From: Paragordius varius
Taxonomy: Eukaryota > Animalia > Nematomorpha
Direction: 5' to 3'
DNA: 64,000 bases
NCBI GenBank assembly: GCA_964247055.1
Contig: OZ176053.1
Span: 10,292,001 to 10,356,000 of the forward strand
Shown here in pieces: positions 37,701 to 57,467 of the stretch. Both the position numbers and the translations under genes were made by a program. Numbering within the stretch: position 1 is the first letter of the stretch; every line of letters starts with the position of its first letter. The notes under the pieces are model-generated. The model was not told the DNA's origin, did not search any database, and saw nothing but the letters and a program-made list of their open reading frames with translations.

Positions 37701-40700
37701 GCCATTATAACTCTTCATGAATCAGAAAATGTCAATAAGGAGACATATTTGCAAAAGATTAAGAATATATTATATTGGCTATCTTATAACTAACATATCT
37801 CAACTGTTTAACTCATGGTTAAATTAATTTTTCTGTTGTAAGAGAGCAGTTAAGTTTACTTCACAAGAAAACTAGCAGAGGATAATCAATTTTTTTGCAA
37901 AGGGAAAGGAATAATATAGTTTTATTATTTAATTGATCACTTACGTAACGTTCATGACTCACCGTGGTTGTGTGACTTGTTTTAAGACACATCCATTAAT
38001 AGATTTGGTAATGCTTTTTAACGGACCCACTCCGGATTTATTGCGAATTTTGATTTGGTCTATGGTTTGTATACGAGCGTTACGATTCTTTTAAATTTTA
38101 TTTGAAAATTTTTACGATTCTTTTAAATTTTATTTGAAAATTTTATTATTAATGTTTTTTAATAAACAAATATTTCATTCGATTAAACGGCGCCTAAGCA
38201 TTTTTTTGCATTTCAAATAACTGGTCTGTTCAAAACATTTTTATCATTCATGCATTCCCTTATTTTTATGCTCCATTTTATTTTTACAAGATTTTAGCCT
38301 AAAAAGTGGTTGATAGGTCTCAAATGTTTACTCTCAATGTTTGTATGTTAGCCATTTTTTGAAAAATAAAAGAATATCTTTTCCTTTTTTAAGTGCGGCT
38401 GCTCGTATATTATAAGTCAAAAACTCTGATTAAGCACCCATTTTAATAATTTAGTGCTTAAAAAAATATTCTTTAATAGATCCTCATATAATAAATATCA
38501 TTGGAATGCAACATCACATAAAACCGAATCGCCTATCATGTCTGGTCGAACAAACGCAAACACAACAAATTCTGATCATAAAAAAGTTCAAAATAGCCTT
38601 AAAATTTCTCCATCTACAATGTCCAGTCCAGCAATATCTCCTGCGGTCGCTTGTTCTATTAAACACCATTCTCCTAAAATTGATGGTATTATCAGGCCTA
38701 CAATACAACCATGTAATTATCGTCCACTTGTAAATCCTGGGGTGCCAATGCATTACAACAATACCATGGGTAATCTATTTTATTTTGAGATTAATTCATT
38801 ATTTCGGAAATAATATAAGTTGGTTATATCAAAAGTGTTGTATATAACTCATCTAGATAAGGTAATCCTGCTAATTTAATACACATTACTATACTAATGA
38901 ATCAAAGGCGCATACAAAACATGTATAATTTGTAAGTATATCAATTGACATAGGCAAATATGTTTTATTTGAAAACTAAATTTAACTGAATTATTTTATA
39001 TGTGGTTTCTGTGACATGATTTTTCAAATAGGTATTAATGGAATACATGCCTTTCCACCACGCCAAATGATCCCACCTGCCGCCGTACCAGCCCCACTAA
39101 ATTATTATGCAAATGGCGTGGTAACACCTAACCCTTATAATTATGAATATCAAACGCCTTATATGATGCATACACCTGCTTTACCATATAATCATAATCT
39201 ATACGGTACTGCTTTTGTGGAAACAATACCTCCTTCCGCCCCCGCGACATATTATATACCACAAAATGGTCAAGGGATTATACCTAATTCTAGCGCACGC
39301 TTACAAACTAATGTAATAGCAAATGGTTTAGGGGGACAGCATGATAAATTGTTTCCAAATTCTGTAGATAATTCATCTACGCCCTATACATCATCAATGT
39401 CCCCGTCTGAGGCATTTAAAACGATCGCAAATCTTATAACTAATATACCTACGCCACCAAAAACATCTCCAAACTCCGGTCCTGATATACCCATTAAAGT
39501 TAACAAGATAAAAAAGCACACAAGGACTCCCATAAAGAATAAAATTGATACAAAGACCACAACTTGTAAAGATTTAGCTAAAATTATACCGCTACCACCT
39601 GTTAAGAAGGGAAAAGATCATACTTTTTACAATGATATTGATAACCAAATATCTAGTTTGGATCTTGATGGAAACTATAATGATCCCAAAAACACAAAAA
39701 GTATAACTAATATTTTATCCTAAAATTTGTTTACGATTAATTTTCTAATTTGTACAAATCATTTTTATGTATAGAAGTTGAAACACCCATATCATGTAAT
39801 ACTCCATCAGGGATTTCATCTCTTACCTCTTCTACCCCAACTGAGCCTTTCAATGGTGTATTATTAGCCACAAATCAGCCAAATCAAAATGCAAAAAATG
39901 TTGTTAAAAATGGTGATAAATCAGATAAACCCAAATTGCCTCCGCATTGGAAAATGGCTCATGACCCTAGCACAGGAAAACCATACTATTACCACAAACA
40001 TACAAAGTATCATAAATACTATGCTGAAATTTTCGTTTTAATATGCTTATTTGGACTTTTTAACTCATGTCATTTTAGATTTTTTAAATATTTCTCTACT
40101 GTTAAACATTATTGGCTGGACTTGTTTTTTTTAGTAATTCCTATAACAAGTAATTACACTGATTATATTATTTGCTATGACATGAAGGGAAGGTAATCTT
40201 GGTAATGTAAGATATTATAAGTGGTAGTTTAGAAAATTAGTGCTGTATTTTTTCTTAAAGGCCCACAAAAAAAGATATTAATTGTTTATTTGTTCGACTA
40301 ATCTTTTTTTATTTTTCACAATTATCCTATATTGGATAGGGAATACCTATATATATATTTATATATATATTGTTATTACACATGTTATTCAATAGAAAAG
40401 TACAATGGCATTTTCCGAGCGGCGATGAAAACGACACGATAAAAAGTAAGGTATCAACCAACACGCCAAATAGCTCACATTCAAACATTTTAGATAGTAC
40501 AACAGCTAACAACAGTACTAATATTTCTTCCACTCCAAATGACAAAATTATTGATCATAAAAACAAAAATGAAATAGTTAAAAATGACTTTGATACAAAA
40601 TCTCCAAAGAATATAGAGCTTAAGTCCAACGCCACTCAATTAATTTGCAATGGTGAAACTTTATATGCATCCGACATAAATTCTTTATCTAACAATTCTT

Positions 40701-41433
40701 TAACATCAAGTCCATCTAATGTTCAACACAAACTCTGTAATGGCCATAATGTTAACAATGACAATAATCTTTATAATCATACAAAACACTATAAATTGAT
40801 CGGTAAAGTCGATGTTAAAACGACTGAAACAGTCGAAAGTTTAAACAAAATTGCACCAGATAAATTTCATCAAATAAAGGACAAATTTCGCACAGATGTA
40901 AATAATTTTAATTTTACATATTTATTTTTCAAGTTGGATAATTTTATTATCATATTTTTTAGCTTTCCACATTTATCGTTTCATATCTCACTCCCTACCT
41001 CAAAAAAAGTTGCACTGTAGGTCACATTCAAAATAATGAAGATTTTAAGTATTTGGCAAGGAAGGTTATTATTCAATAATTAACTAGTTTTAGCCTTAAA
41101 TTGGCTATAACTATTTGACTTATTTGATTTATGTGTTCATAATATTTCCAAATAATATGTTTTTCTAATATTACTTAATTAAAAATTGTTCAGTTATCTA
41201 ATTAGTATTTAACCAATTTTCTACATAAATTTATTGATATATTTAAATACTTTCTATATTTGTATATATAGCTAACCCATACTATTATGGCAAAAGAATT
41301 CGAACGAAATCAAAAGAACCCAGAAAATATTAAATTTTCCTCCAAGGTTAAAGGTAAAACGGAAACATTTTTGGAAAAATACATGAAAAAGCTAGGTCCT
41401 GTCTATCATAGGAAGCCTGAACAAGAATTATAA
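29703..41433 (+). CDS. SETD2: Histone H3K36 methyltransferase SETD2/Set2
   Basis: Long N-terminal exon (ORF 29742), AWS (KRMVCDC...[28 protein letters not shown]), SET ([24 protein letters not shown]...[36 protein letters not shown]...ELCFDYQ), post-SET ([13 protein letters not shown]), WW ([26 protein letters not shown]), SRI ([16 protein letters not shown]...[17 protein letters not shown]...[10 protein letters not shown]). The start codon is tentative (29703 via a 24-nt intron, or 29742). Confidence 0.95.
31727..31756. repeat. (TA)n microsatellite
   Basis: TA run in a SETD2 intron. Confidence 0.9.
38080..38143. repeat. 32-nt tandem duplication in a SETD2 intron
   Basis: Unit beginning TTACGATTCTTTTAAATTTTATTTGAAAATT starts at 38080 and again at 38112. 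Confidence 0.9.
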
Positions 41434-42123
41434 AAAAATGCATTTATCAATATTATTACTTTATATATATATATATTAACTAATTTCTATCAATATTTTA
41501 TGTTTCGAATGTAGAAATATATATATTCTTCCGTATCATTTATCGTATATTGTACATGTTTAAAATATCAATAAATATTAATTCAAAAAAATATAATTGT
41601 TAAAACCAGGGAACTTTAATATTATATTTATTTAAAAATATGAAATTAATTTCAGTATAATTTATATACAATCCGAATAAAATTTAATTTCAACCTATTT
41701 TAAAAATCCAAAATTTAAAAATACGCCAAACCTTGCACACTTCGCCCGATAAAAATGAGTTTAAACGATTTCCTAAACTACAAATACATAAAGTGAAAAA
41801 TAGAATAAAATGAATGACATTTTAAAATTTTCCCAATTTCACATCATAGGACATTTACAAAGTTGTATAATTTTGTTATTAATTTAGTTTTGGTACATCT
41901 GTAAGTTTTTACATTTGTAAAATTTTTCCACTGATAAAAGGGCTAATCATTCAAAATAACACGTGGCTTTTCGATAAATTTTAATTTAAATACATTTATA
42001 AGTGTAGTAAAAAAAATTTCCGCGGACCTTTTGGAAAATTTATTGGAGTTACGATTTTCATGCGTCTTTTTTCACTCTATCTTTTTCAATCAATCGGTTT
42101 TATTCTACTTAAAGATTTATAAG

Positions 42124-42640
42124 TTTTTAGCGGGTATCTCCCCCGGCAACCAATATGAGAAAACACTCGACTTAAATTTTTGTCCTTTAACAGGGAATAC
42201 CTGGAATCCTTATTAAATTTTTACGGTCTCGTACCTTGGCGAAAAATCGATTCAAAAAATTATTTTTGTGGACTTATTTTTTCAAAAAATGGCATTTTAC
42301 GGGGGGAGCGGGTAGGGAGAGAGCCAAAATTAAAAAAGCAAGCCGACTATGTTCGGCGTAATCAAAAATAAGTAATAAAAAATCATCTTTGAAATTGAAT
42401 GGTCCAACACGTTTTCTGGAAAATTGTATTGACACGATTTTTGTGGCTTTCTGTTTTCAAAAAGAAACCGTTTTTTACATGGGATAGGCCCGAACTGATG
42501 AATTCAAAAAAAAGGGCGAAGCTATTGTCGCGGCATTCATTAATGATTATATTTTTTCGACATTTGAATTTGAATGGGTCTATCGGTTTTCCGGAAACAG
42601 ATCACAAAGCCACCACTTTCCATTTTTATAAATATATGGA
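42124..42640 (-). mobile_element. Non-autonomous Helitron, copy 3 (3'-truncated, more diverged)
   Basis: The minus strand begins A|TCCATATATTTATAAAAATGGAAA and follows one internal unit of 26383-27517; the hairpin/CTAG end is absent. Confidence 0.85.
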
Positions 42641-44251
42641 TTATTTTTAAAAACTATGTATATGCATATATAATGGTTATAGACAGTGACTTCATTTTTA
42701 TTTGGTATAATTAAACAGGGATTGGAGCCAGAATCGAAATCATTTTTTGCAGCCGTATTTAAACCAACCAAAACCACATCCAAAAGATAATTTATTTCGA
42801 AACAATTTAACCTTATTTCAATACATATATTTCTTTTAAGATTTTTTAATAGAAAGTAGCACTAAATAATTTGGTTATAATCTGTCTATTTTTTCACTGC
42901 TATTTGTAAATTTAAAAGTAACCAATATAAGACACATTTAGCCTAAAATAACCAAAATGAAAGAAAAAGTCAACCGGAATCAATTTGTTAGAACCATTTT
43001 TTCCCTTTGTTATATTATGTGAGACGGGATCTAAAAACGGTTTTGATTCCACTATTACTTACAGTCATGGATGCAATGTCCAATAAAAAATATAAAAATA
43101 TTTGATAGAAATAAATTCAATCAGAAAAAAAGAAGATATTATTTGAAAAAAAGGCCCAGAAAATTTGTTTTCTCCCGGCGAAAACAATTTAAATATGTTT
43201 TTATAAATAAATTTTTGAAAAAAATAAGCATTTGAAATCTTTTCAACAAAAATTTATCCAAATAGCCTAATATAATAAGTGAACTTGAAAAAAATAGGAC
43301 AGATAATTACTAAAAGAAACGAAATGCATAATTAAATTGTTTTTTATTAAAATGAAAATATTCATACAAATTTAAATATTGTCAAAATATGTATTATACA
43401 TCAAAAATTTTAAAGAATAATGTTAGAATTTTTAATAATAGCTATAAAACATGCTATGTGGCTAATACAAAGGTGATTGGCAGTGCTAATTTTGAAGTCG
43501 GAAATGGGTTTTATTATCTAATTGAATGGTGACGAAGCCTATTGCCCGCACGCGGCCCTAAAATTGTTTTATCTGGCCATGAATTATTTATTTATTTTAT
43601 TGATACATTTATTTTGAAAATTTGATCTGCAACCGGGTCAATGAGCTATTGAGCGTTATTACATGGTGCTCAGCTCTTAACACAAGAAAAATATCTTTTT
43701 GAACCTTAATACTTTTGATTACCACTAATCTAATTAAAAACACAGTTGAGTGTAAAAATATTGATTGCGAGATTACGATACCATTTAATTGCTTTTTATT
43801 TTTATTATAATACATTTTTAGTATATACAATCCCAGAGTATGAAATATGTAATTAAATGAATTACCAAAAGGTATTTACATTATACATATAACATTCATT
43901 TTGCAACTTCCAAAGTCTATAAATTAACTTTTTATGATTTTTGGGGTAGTTTTAGCCCGCAGGGTCATTAAAAATTAAATATTATAAAAAAAATTTTTAA
44001 CATTGGGTAAAATTAGAAAATAGACTTTCTATAGCCTTTTAGGCGCTTTAAATAATGTAAACTTATAAAGGAATTGGGTTTGACAATTATATAAAAAATA
44101 GTTTGTTTACTACTTTAAGCATTGTAGAAAACTACCCCAAGTTACCCCATACAAAAAAGTGAAAATATAATTAAATGTTAAATAGCACTATTAGAGTTGA
44201 GAAAACAGCTATATCCAATAGAGGCTCTCAAAATAAAATCAAAAGTGTTAA

Positions 44252-44730
44252 TCTATATATTCATAAAAATGGAAAATGCTGGCTTTGTGATCTCGTACAG
44301 GAAAACCGGTAGACCCATTCAAATCCAAACTTCGAAAAAATATAATCACTAATGAATGTCCCGACAATAGCTTCGCCCATTTTTTGAAAAAGGCCCCCGG
44401 TTTGGGCCCATCCCGTGTGAAAAACGGGTTTTTTAAAAAAACCAAAGTCCACAAAAATATTTTTTAAATCTATTTTTCGCCCTAGGTATGAGACCGTAAA
44501 AATTTAATATGAATTCCACGTATTCCCTGTTAAAAGGCAAGAATTTTAGTCAGGCGTTTTTTGATGATAGCTGCTGGGTAAGGTGCTACCCGCTAAAAAC
44601 TGATTCCTCATGTAACCTTGTGATCAGTTTCTGGAAAACCAGTGAACCCATTCAAATCCAAACTTCGAAACCCCCCCCAGAAGTCCGAAGGACTTCATCG
44701 GGCTGCGTAGCAGCACGAGATTTATTCTAG
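44252..44730 (+). mobile_element. Non-autonomous Helitron, copy 2 (single, internally deleted unit)
   Basis: A|TCTATATATTCATAAAAATG ... GAAGTCCGAAGGACTTC ATCGGGCTGCGTAGCAGCACGAG ATTTATT CTAG|T; same family as 26383-27517. Confidence 0.9.
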
Positions 44731-45403
44731 TTAATCAATATAATTATTATAATATATCTTTATTGGACAGTTTTTACATTCAAAAAATTCCAAAAAAATA
44801 AGAGAAAAATTATTCATGACTAAAATGTTTTTCTCCCGTTTTCACCATGCTGCAAAATACCATAAAATAGGTTCATGAAAATAAAAATTTTAGACAAAGG
44901 ATGCCTTTTTTTGATATCCTAATATAGCATATATTTAAAATTTTAATCGCGAAAACTCGGCTTTCTTGCTTATATTTCATGCAAACTACGCTTTTGAGAG
45001 AGCCAAAACAATTTTAAATCACGCATGTTTTTAGAAAATGATTTAGTCAGCAAAATATTTTAGTAAAAAGCCCGCATTTGCCTCTGATACAATTACGATA
45101 AAAATGTAAATAACCTATTTATATGACTTTTTGAGGGAAAAAACAAAAGATTCCAAATATAAATATATATCATATATGGAGATAATTTTAATACTCATCG
45201 ATTATATCACAGTTTAGTTTATCTTTTAGAAAATTTAGCATACGTTAATAAGGCAAAATTTTTTTAAAATTATAATTAAATTAAATATATAAAATTTATG
45301 CTCACAGTAATTGTCAATGGCAAAAGCAGGGATTGTTTCCCTTTCAAAATTTTCGAATTATTTATATCATATGTAACACATTTTTTAATAGCGGTTTATT
45401 CAA

Positions 45404-46849
45404 ATGTCTTTTAGCCGCGCGCCTCTAAAGCGATTCAACGATATAAAAGCTTTTGGCCCTCCTGTCGGTACTTATAATCCCGTTTTGCCCAAAAATAATG
45501 CATCTTTTATATTCAGCAAATCGGATAGGTTTAAATCAGATACAGATATCAATTCTTCTCGATTAGCCTATTCCAAAAAAGAATGTCAATGCGCAACAAG
45601 ATCAAACAAAAATATAAATACAACAGAAATTACGGACTTATTTTCGAATTATTATTCTACTATTACAAATTTAATTAACGATTATGAAATTATAAAATCT
45701 TCAACTCAACAGCAATCCGATATCATAAATAACAATATTGATTCTATTTTAAAAGAAATTGATAATCAAAATGATATATTGACAAGCCTTAAGAAAAATT
45801 ATGCCCAGGTATGTGATGAGTTAACTCAAAAAAATGATGAACATATAAACGTCCTTAATGCCAATATATCATACAAAGCCCAATGTGAGAAAATAAAAAA
45901 GCTATCAGATCACACTAATACACTTTATACAGATCAATTACTTTTAAATGAAAAATTGCAAATCGAATTAAATGAGTTAAAAATGAAAAAGGATACTGAT
46001 TCGAGCAAATTACAGGAAACTATCCATGAAAACAAGTTGCTTAAACAAAAAAATGATGATTTTGAAAAATGTTTACATCAGGCTACCCATTTAAATAATC
46101 AGAATGCAGAAAAAATTGTTGCGTTAAATAAGGCGAATCAAGAGCAATTAAATATTATCCAAACTTTGCAAAAAGAACAAAAAAATATCGAATCAAAATT
46201 CAACGAAGCAATCGAAACCAATGCCGATTTGGTTGGTGAAAATACCCAGCTAAAACAAAAAATTGATGAATATTCCCGATTATATCATGAGTTACAACAA
46301 CAAACCTTTTATTCCAATCAACAACATGAAACTGTTCACACTTTACAGAGTCGCATTAAAGAATTTGAAAATTCAAATCAATTACTTTTGGCGGAAATAT
46401 CATCGTGCAAAGATTCTTACGATACCAAATTCACATCTCTCATGGATCAATATAATGACCTGATGGCCAAATATAAAGAACGCGGTGACATTGATGATTT
46501 GAATCAAAAGTTGCGTTTAATGGTTAAAGAAAACGACATGTTGAAAAAAAACATAAAAAGTTTACAAGGTAAAATAAATGAATATGAAATTTCCGAGTCT
46601 GCAGCCATGAGCCATGCTAATCACCGTCAGAAAATCCATCATGTACTTGATTTGAAAGAAAAAATATTGCAACTAACAGAAGAAAATAATAAATTGAACC
46701 TCCAATTAAAGAAAAAACAAGAGATAGTCGAATGTCAAGAAGATAAAATACGAAGGCTTGAAGGCAAAAAACGTTTTGACCCAAGTATGGCATTCAAACA
46801 CAACACTGATCAAAATCGAGCAGACAATAAGGAAAATATTTATAAATAA
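45404..46849 (+). CDS. HMMR: Hyaluronan-mediated motility receptor (HMMR/RHAMM), single exon, 481 aa
   Basis: The N-terminus MSFSRAPLKRFND...P.GTY, long coiled coil, C-terminal basic zipper HANHRQKIHHVLDLKE..QL.EEN.KL and KRFDPSMAFKH...KEN all match HMMR family motifs. Confidence 0.9.
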   Translation: MSFSRAPLKRFNDIKAFGPPVGTYNPVLPKNNASFIFSKSDRFKSDTDINSSRLAYSKKECQCATRSNKNINTTEITDLFSNYYSTITNLINDYEIIKSSTQQQSDIINNNIDSILKEIDNQNDILTSLKKNYAQVCDELTQKNDEHINVLNANISYKAQCEKIKKLSDHTNTLYTDQLLLNEKLQIELNELKMKKDTDSSKLQETIHENKLLKQKNDDFEKCLHQATHLNNQNAEKIVALNKANQEQLNIIQTLQKEQKNIESKFNEAIETNADLVGENTQLKQKIDEYSRLYHELQQQTFYSNQQHETVHTLQSRIKEFENSNQLLLAEISSCKDSYDTKFTSLMDQYNDLMAKYKERGDIDDLNQKLRLMVKENDMLKKNIKSLQGKINEYEISESAAMSHANHRQKIHHVLDLKEKILQLTEENNKLNLQLKKKQEIVECQEDKIRRLEGKKRFDPSMAFKHNTDQNRADNKENIYK

Positions 46850-47799
46850 GATAGCAAATATATATTCATACATAAATAATCTTGTAAATACATAATATAG
46901 ATGTAGTTAAATATTACATTCTTAGATATTTATTTCTGATTATCCAATAAATTTTTATTTTTAAAATATAATTCATTCTAGATAATTTGGTTATTTTGTA
47001 AAAATGAAAACGGGAACAACCTATATATTTTAACATTTTCTTAATTTAAAATTGAAATATGAGAGTGATTAAGAATGTTATTGGAAGGGAGGAAAGAGTG
47101 GGACACTCCAAAGTTTATGACAAGGGCATCCTAGATAATATAAACGTAATAACCACTTTAGATGTTCAATTATCATGGTGGAAAATAGGATGCTTTTATT
47201 TTTTTATTATAAAGTGTTTTCAAAAATTTACATGTTAATTCTACTGAATTGGGGTAAAACGTACGTTTTTTAATTAGGTTTTGTGTAGGTTCTTTATGCT
47301 ACTAACAGTCAAGATCTGCTCTATATATTTTATTCAGAAAAATACTATAAAAAACACCAATAAATAGCAGAATTAGTTGGGCATCCATAAATATTTAACC
47401 TAACCACGCAACATTATTACCATTATTAAAAAAACAATGTTTGATTTGGTAGAATTTGAAGTAAAGGGCGTGGAGTCGCAGAATCAATGCCACTCATCTT
47501 TAAGTTCCATACCCACCCGTAAAGCATTGGAGGTTAGAGCGGGATATTTTAGGTTGGTTGATGTTAATATCCAAGTATTTAGAAAAGGGTGTGATAGGCA
47601 TGCTCCTTACCGCCACTGTCCACGCAAGGCTTTCCAACGCTTTTACACACTTCAGGGCAGGGGGGGGCGTCACTTCTTGTTCGGTGCTTCTAGGGATATA
47701 TACATTAAAACATATAATCCATCAAATTAAATGGTATTATAGTACGTAATGTGCATCTTACATCCTATCACTTAAGTCACAGACAACCACAAACAGCCC

Positions 47800-49180
47800 C
47801 CCACCGGATCGACCCTCCTTGCAGATAGTCTCTAAAGGTGGCGCTCTCCCTAGTCTTTCCTCTTTCTTTAACCTTTCCCTATCTGACCACTTCTCCTTTT
47901 CCAATTCCCATTTAACACTAGGGTGTCAAAATTTGTCTCCGCAAGGCCAACACGCTGCAAGAAAACACACATACGCCCAAGCCATGTTATCTTATATTTC
48001 CAGTAGCTGGATGGGCATTAAATTTTCATGAGCTGCTTTAAGCGAGCCCATTTTATTATGTGATAATTAATGAGACACCTTCAAACTTGGCAACGGTATC
48101 CATAGTATGATAGATAAGGTATCCCTTTTCAAGTAAAAGCGGGAAGCTGGCATTGTGTTTTCTTAGAGAATTTATCGCCATGATAACGTTCAATAAACAT
48201 ATATCCGAGCCTTGCTAGCCTGTTTGAGAGGATTTCACACCGGCAAGCCATACAGGATCATAGGGAGAATTGAACTTTTAATCTTTAACTTAAAAATGAC
48301 CCTTGCAGAAATTAATTCTGGAGCTAAAGCGTCCGTTTTTGCTACTACGACGCCCAGGTAGCGAACGCAATCTACGATTTTTAATTCCCCCTGTTGGAAT
48401 ATTTCATCGTATCAACCTAACCCACTATTATTACCTTCAATTTATTATAATCAATATCAACACCAGTTCAGATTCCAGTTTATCGAGGGCATGCCTGAAG
48501 TTTTCCTTTCACTCTGTCAAGTTACAAAGATCATCTGCAGAGCAGAGTACCTGGAAAAAGAGTCTGGGAAAGGTCGAGTATAACTTTTATAAAGTTTATC
48601 CCAGTTGAGAATCTTAGGCGACAAAGGACATCCCTCCTTCAGACCTTGTTCTGAATAGATTTAGTTTGAGTGAGTCGTCTAAATTACCACCTATACAAGC
48701 TTGAACAATTAAATGGAGCATTATATAAGATTTCCTCTATATTAACTTTCTCCAACAACCGCCATATTATCTGTCTAGTTTATCAAATGAAGCCCAGGTA
48801 TAGAGGATGTTTATGGCGCTGACTTTTCTCGATGAAGATAACCAGAGAGCAAAAAACGTCCATTGTTTCCTTAACACGCATGAAGCCAAGAATTGCTAGA
48901 TGCAGCTCGCCATCAAGGGCCTGAAGCCTTGTCAAAGCAACATTGGCCAAGATTTCTTAAACTGTAATGACGAGGGATATGCCTCTTAAATCATCAGGGG
49001 TTATTGTTACGCTTCGTATTAGTATCTCAAGGTATATCAAGAAAACGGTGTAGCAGACCCATGTCGCCACTGTCCACAAAAGACGTCCCTTGCTGTCCTT
49101 CCATACACCAAATGGTGGTTCAGTGACAGCCGTCTGGTAGCGTTGGGGGTGGGGTTGCATCTATAAGGATATAGTGGTAC
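47800..49180 (-). mobile_element. Heavily decayed non-LTR retrotransposon (RT fragment)
   Basis: GC-richer block. The minus strand gives LRGISLVITV*EILANVALTRL, EKSQRHKHPLYLGFI, QGLKEGCPLSP, SADDL, RYLGVV and ILPMILYG with stops and frameshifts. Boundaries are approximate and may extend to about 47440. Confidence 0.8.
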
Positions 49181-49506
49181 GTTATAGATATAGACAAAGT
49201 ATGCATTTTTGGTTAAGGTAAAAGTTTACATGTGGTAAATGAATGTTTAGGTTGTTTAGCAATCTTAGACTGGTAATCTCTTAGCCCAGTACAAAACCTA
49301 TTTATGATTCATAATCAATCATAGCCATATGTGATAAGATTAAGTCCTATACTCTATATGTTAAACCCTCTGCGCGTATTAATACCTGTAATGATAGCAT
49401 AGTTGTTCAAGGGGTAGATACAAACCCTACGATTATCAACTGTTAGATACATTTGCGCAGATGTTACCACATGCTGTATAAAAAGTTTTACAAAAATTAA
49501 TTTTAG

Positions 49507-55339
<5,833 letters not shown>

Positions 55340-55587
55340 ACGATAATTTTTTTATATATATTAGAAACTAGTATTAAAAAGACGAATTTTATGTAATTTA
55401 TAATTTCATATATTTTTACATTTGCTTAAAAACAGCTTAATAGCATATATATATATATATAGCAAAGTATATAGAATACAATAAATTTAGTCAATTTGTA
55501 TAATTGTTTATAAACGCTCAAGTGAAAATTTCATACGTTCTGTCAACTCTTTGAAATGTAAGCCAACTTAAGACGCAAACTATGGAT

Positions 55588-55829
55588 CAAGGAATTATAA
55601 CACAAATGGCTTCGCCCATATTTGACTTAAAATTAATATTAATTCCTTTACTTTTTTGGTAGTTTGTTGTCAATTGGAAAGAAATATCCATAAAATTTAT
55701 CAAAGAAATAATAATTTTACTAAGATTTTGTGCATATTTTTTTCAAATTATGGAATTTTTTTTGGTATTTTCCAAATTTTTCGTGGGCCGCACATAATAT
55801 ATCGGAAGGTCGCATGTTGGACATCTTTG
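55588..55829. mobile_element. hAT-type MITE
   Basis: Degenerate TIRs (CAAGGAATTATAACAC / ATGTTGGACATCTTTG) and an 8-bp TSD CTATGGAT / CTATAGAT. Confidence 0.6.
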
Positions 55830-55994
55830 CTATAGATCGAATGGTATATTTTTAGACAAAATTTTGGATTTACTTTTCTCTAGTATAGAAAAATTTTAGT
55901 CTATAAATGTGAAATAAAGAGGGCCCCAAAAATAGACACATGTAATATTGAAAATGGCTAATATTTAACATTATAGTTGTTAGATATGCTAGAG

Positions 55995-56175
55995 AAGGGG
56001 TGTCCAACACAAATATCTTCGCGGTTGCTTTAATAATTTTTCGTTTCTATTTATATTTTAAGCGCAATTTCAGATAAAATATCTTTTACATAATCGCATT
56101 GATGGAAATCCAATTTTTAGTTTTTTTAATATTTTTTATAGCACTTTTGAATATAAAAAATTGTGTTGGGCCTTG
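55995..56175. mobile_element. hAT-type MITE
   Basis: Ends AAGGGGTGTCCAACACAA / TTGTGTTGGGCCTTG; flanks TGCTAGAG / TTCTAGAT (6/8 match, NTCTAGAN-like hAT target). Confidence 0.55.
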
Positions 56176-57467
56176 TTCTAGATAATTTATTTATTTATAA
56201 AATTTTAAAGGTTATTCAATTTTTTGCACAAATTTTTAATGTAAAAAAACAGCATTTTATATTGCTTTTATGTATAGTAATGCATAAGAATAATAGTATA
56301 CCTTGCCATTCTTTCTAATCCTATTGATTTGATAAAGAAAAAAATTATACTCTTATCCAATGACCTTGATTTTCTATCATCATGCATAATATAATAATAG
56401 TATGGACATAATAAGATAAACTTAATCTAAATTTGGTGTGAAACACAGATATCATAATTTTAACGTAACAAAAAGAACATATCGTGCAAATATATACGTC
56501 CTCATAAATTATATTTCAGCGTATTTTATAATGGAAAATATGTTTCTGTTTTCCAAGCCAATATCTTAATATTCTTTATCTATGGTGTCAGACTTAGCTG
56601 AAAGCATATCAAACAATGTTTGCTCAAATTTTTTTTATGATGTCCTACCTTAAGGCGCATTTCACTTTATTTTAATTAATGATCTCTAAATAAGTGTATT
56701 TTATAAACTGCAAACTCAATTTTAGAAAATAAATAAAAGTTTGGTTTTTTATATTATGTGTGACAATTTAAGTAGATTTGAATATCCGTGTGTAATTAAT
56801 TGTAATAAAGCGTACTCGATAAGGATTTAAATTTTTGAACTGGTATTATTTCTATCATAAATTACTTATTATCAATATTGTGTGACATGTGAAACTATAA
56901 TTTACTTACTCCTGAATTAGATAAACTATCCAAGTACTAAATACATATTTGATAGAAATATGAAAGGTTTTCATAGGGCTTTATTTGGGGTTAAAACGAT
57001 TTAAACTTTATATTCAACTATATAACAAAATGTTTTCGGCGCACATTTTCATAAATAATGAAAAGGTTATAAAAGATTAATTAAAATAAAAATCCTAATA
57101 ATAAAATTAATTTTTGTTCAAATTCGCAAAAAATAAAAAAACTGATCTGAATATCGAAACAAGGTACTAAAAAATGAAACAAATTAATAGATAACTTCCT
57201 AATTTAAGATCTTTAAAGGGTTAATGGCGAAAGATTAGCCTTATAAATTGTTTCCCATGATCCCCATACATTGCCTACATTCGCTTTATTAGGGTTTGAT
57301 CCGGTACGTAATGATCATATTTATAATTCGCGATAACGGAAATCATTTTCAATCAGTCTAAGCAGGAAGAAATAGTTTTTGTCTTTTCTATTAAAAATTT
57401 ATGTAAAAAATATTGTTGCAAACATTCTATTTTAACAGTAATTAATATTTTTATTTGATAATTTGGA

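Noticed and set aside
42680-42800. Minus-strand peptide NDFDSGSN resembling proteasome beta-2 (NDLGSGSN)
   Set aside because: No other PSMB7-like exons were found upstream; treated as a chance match.
56280-56660. Stop-interrupted minus-strand coding-like tract (possible transposase relic)
   Set aside because: No diagnostic motif recognised.
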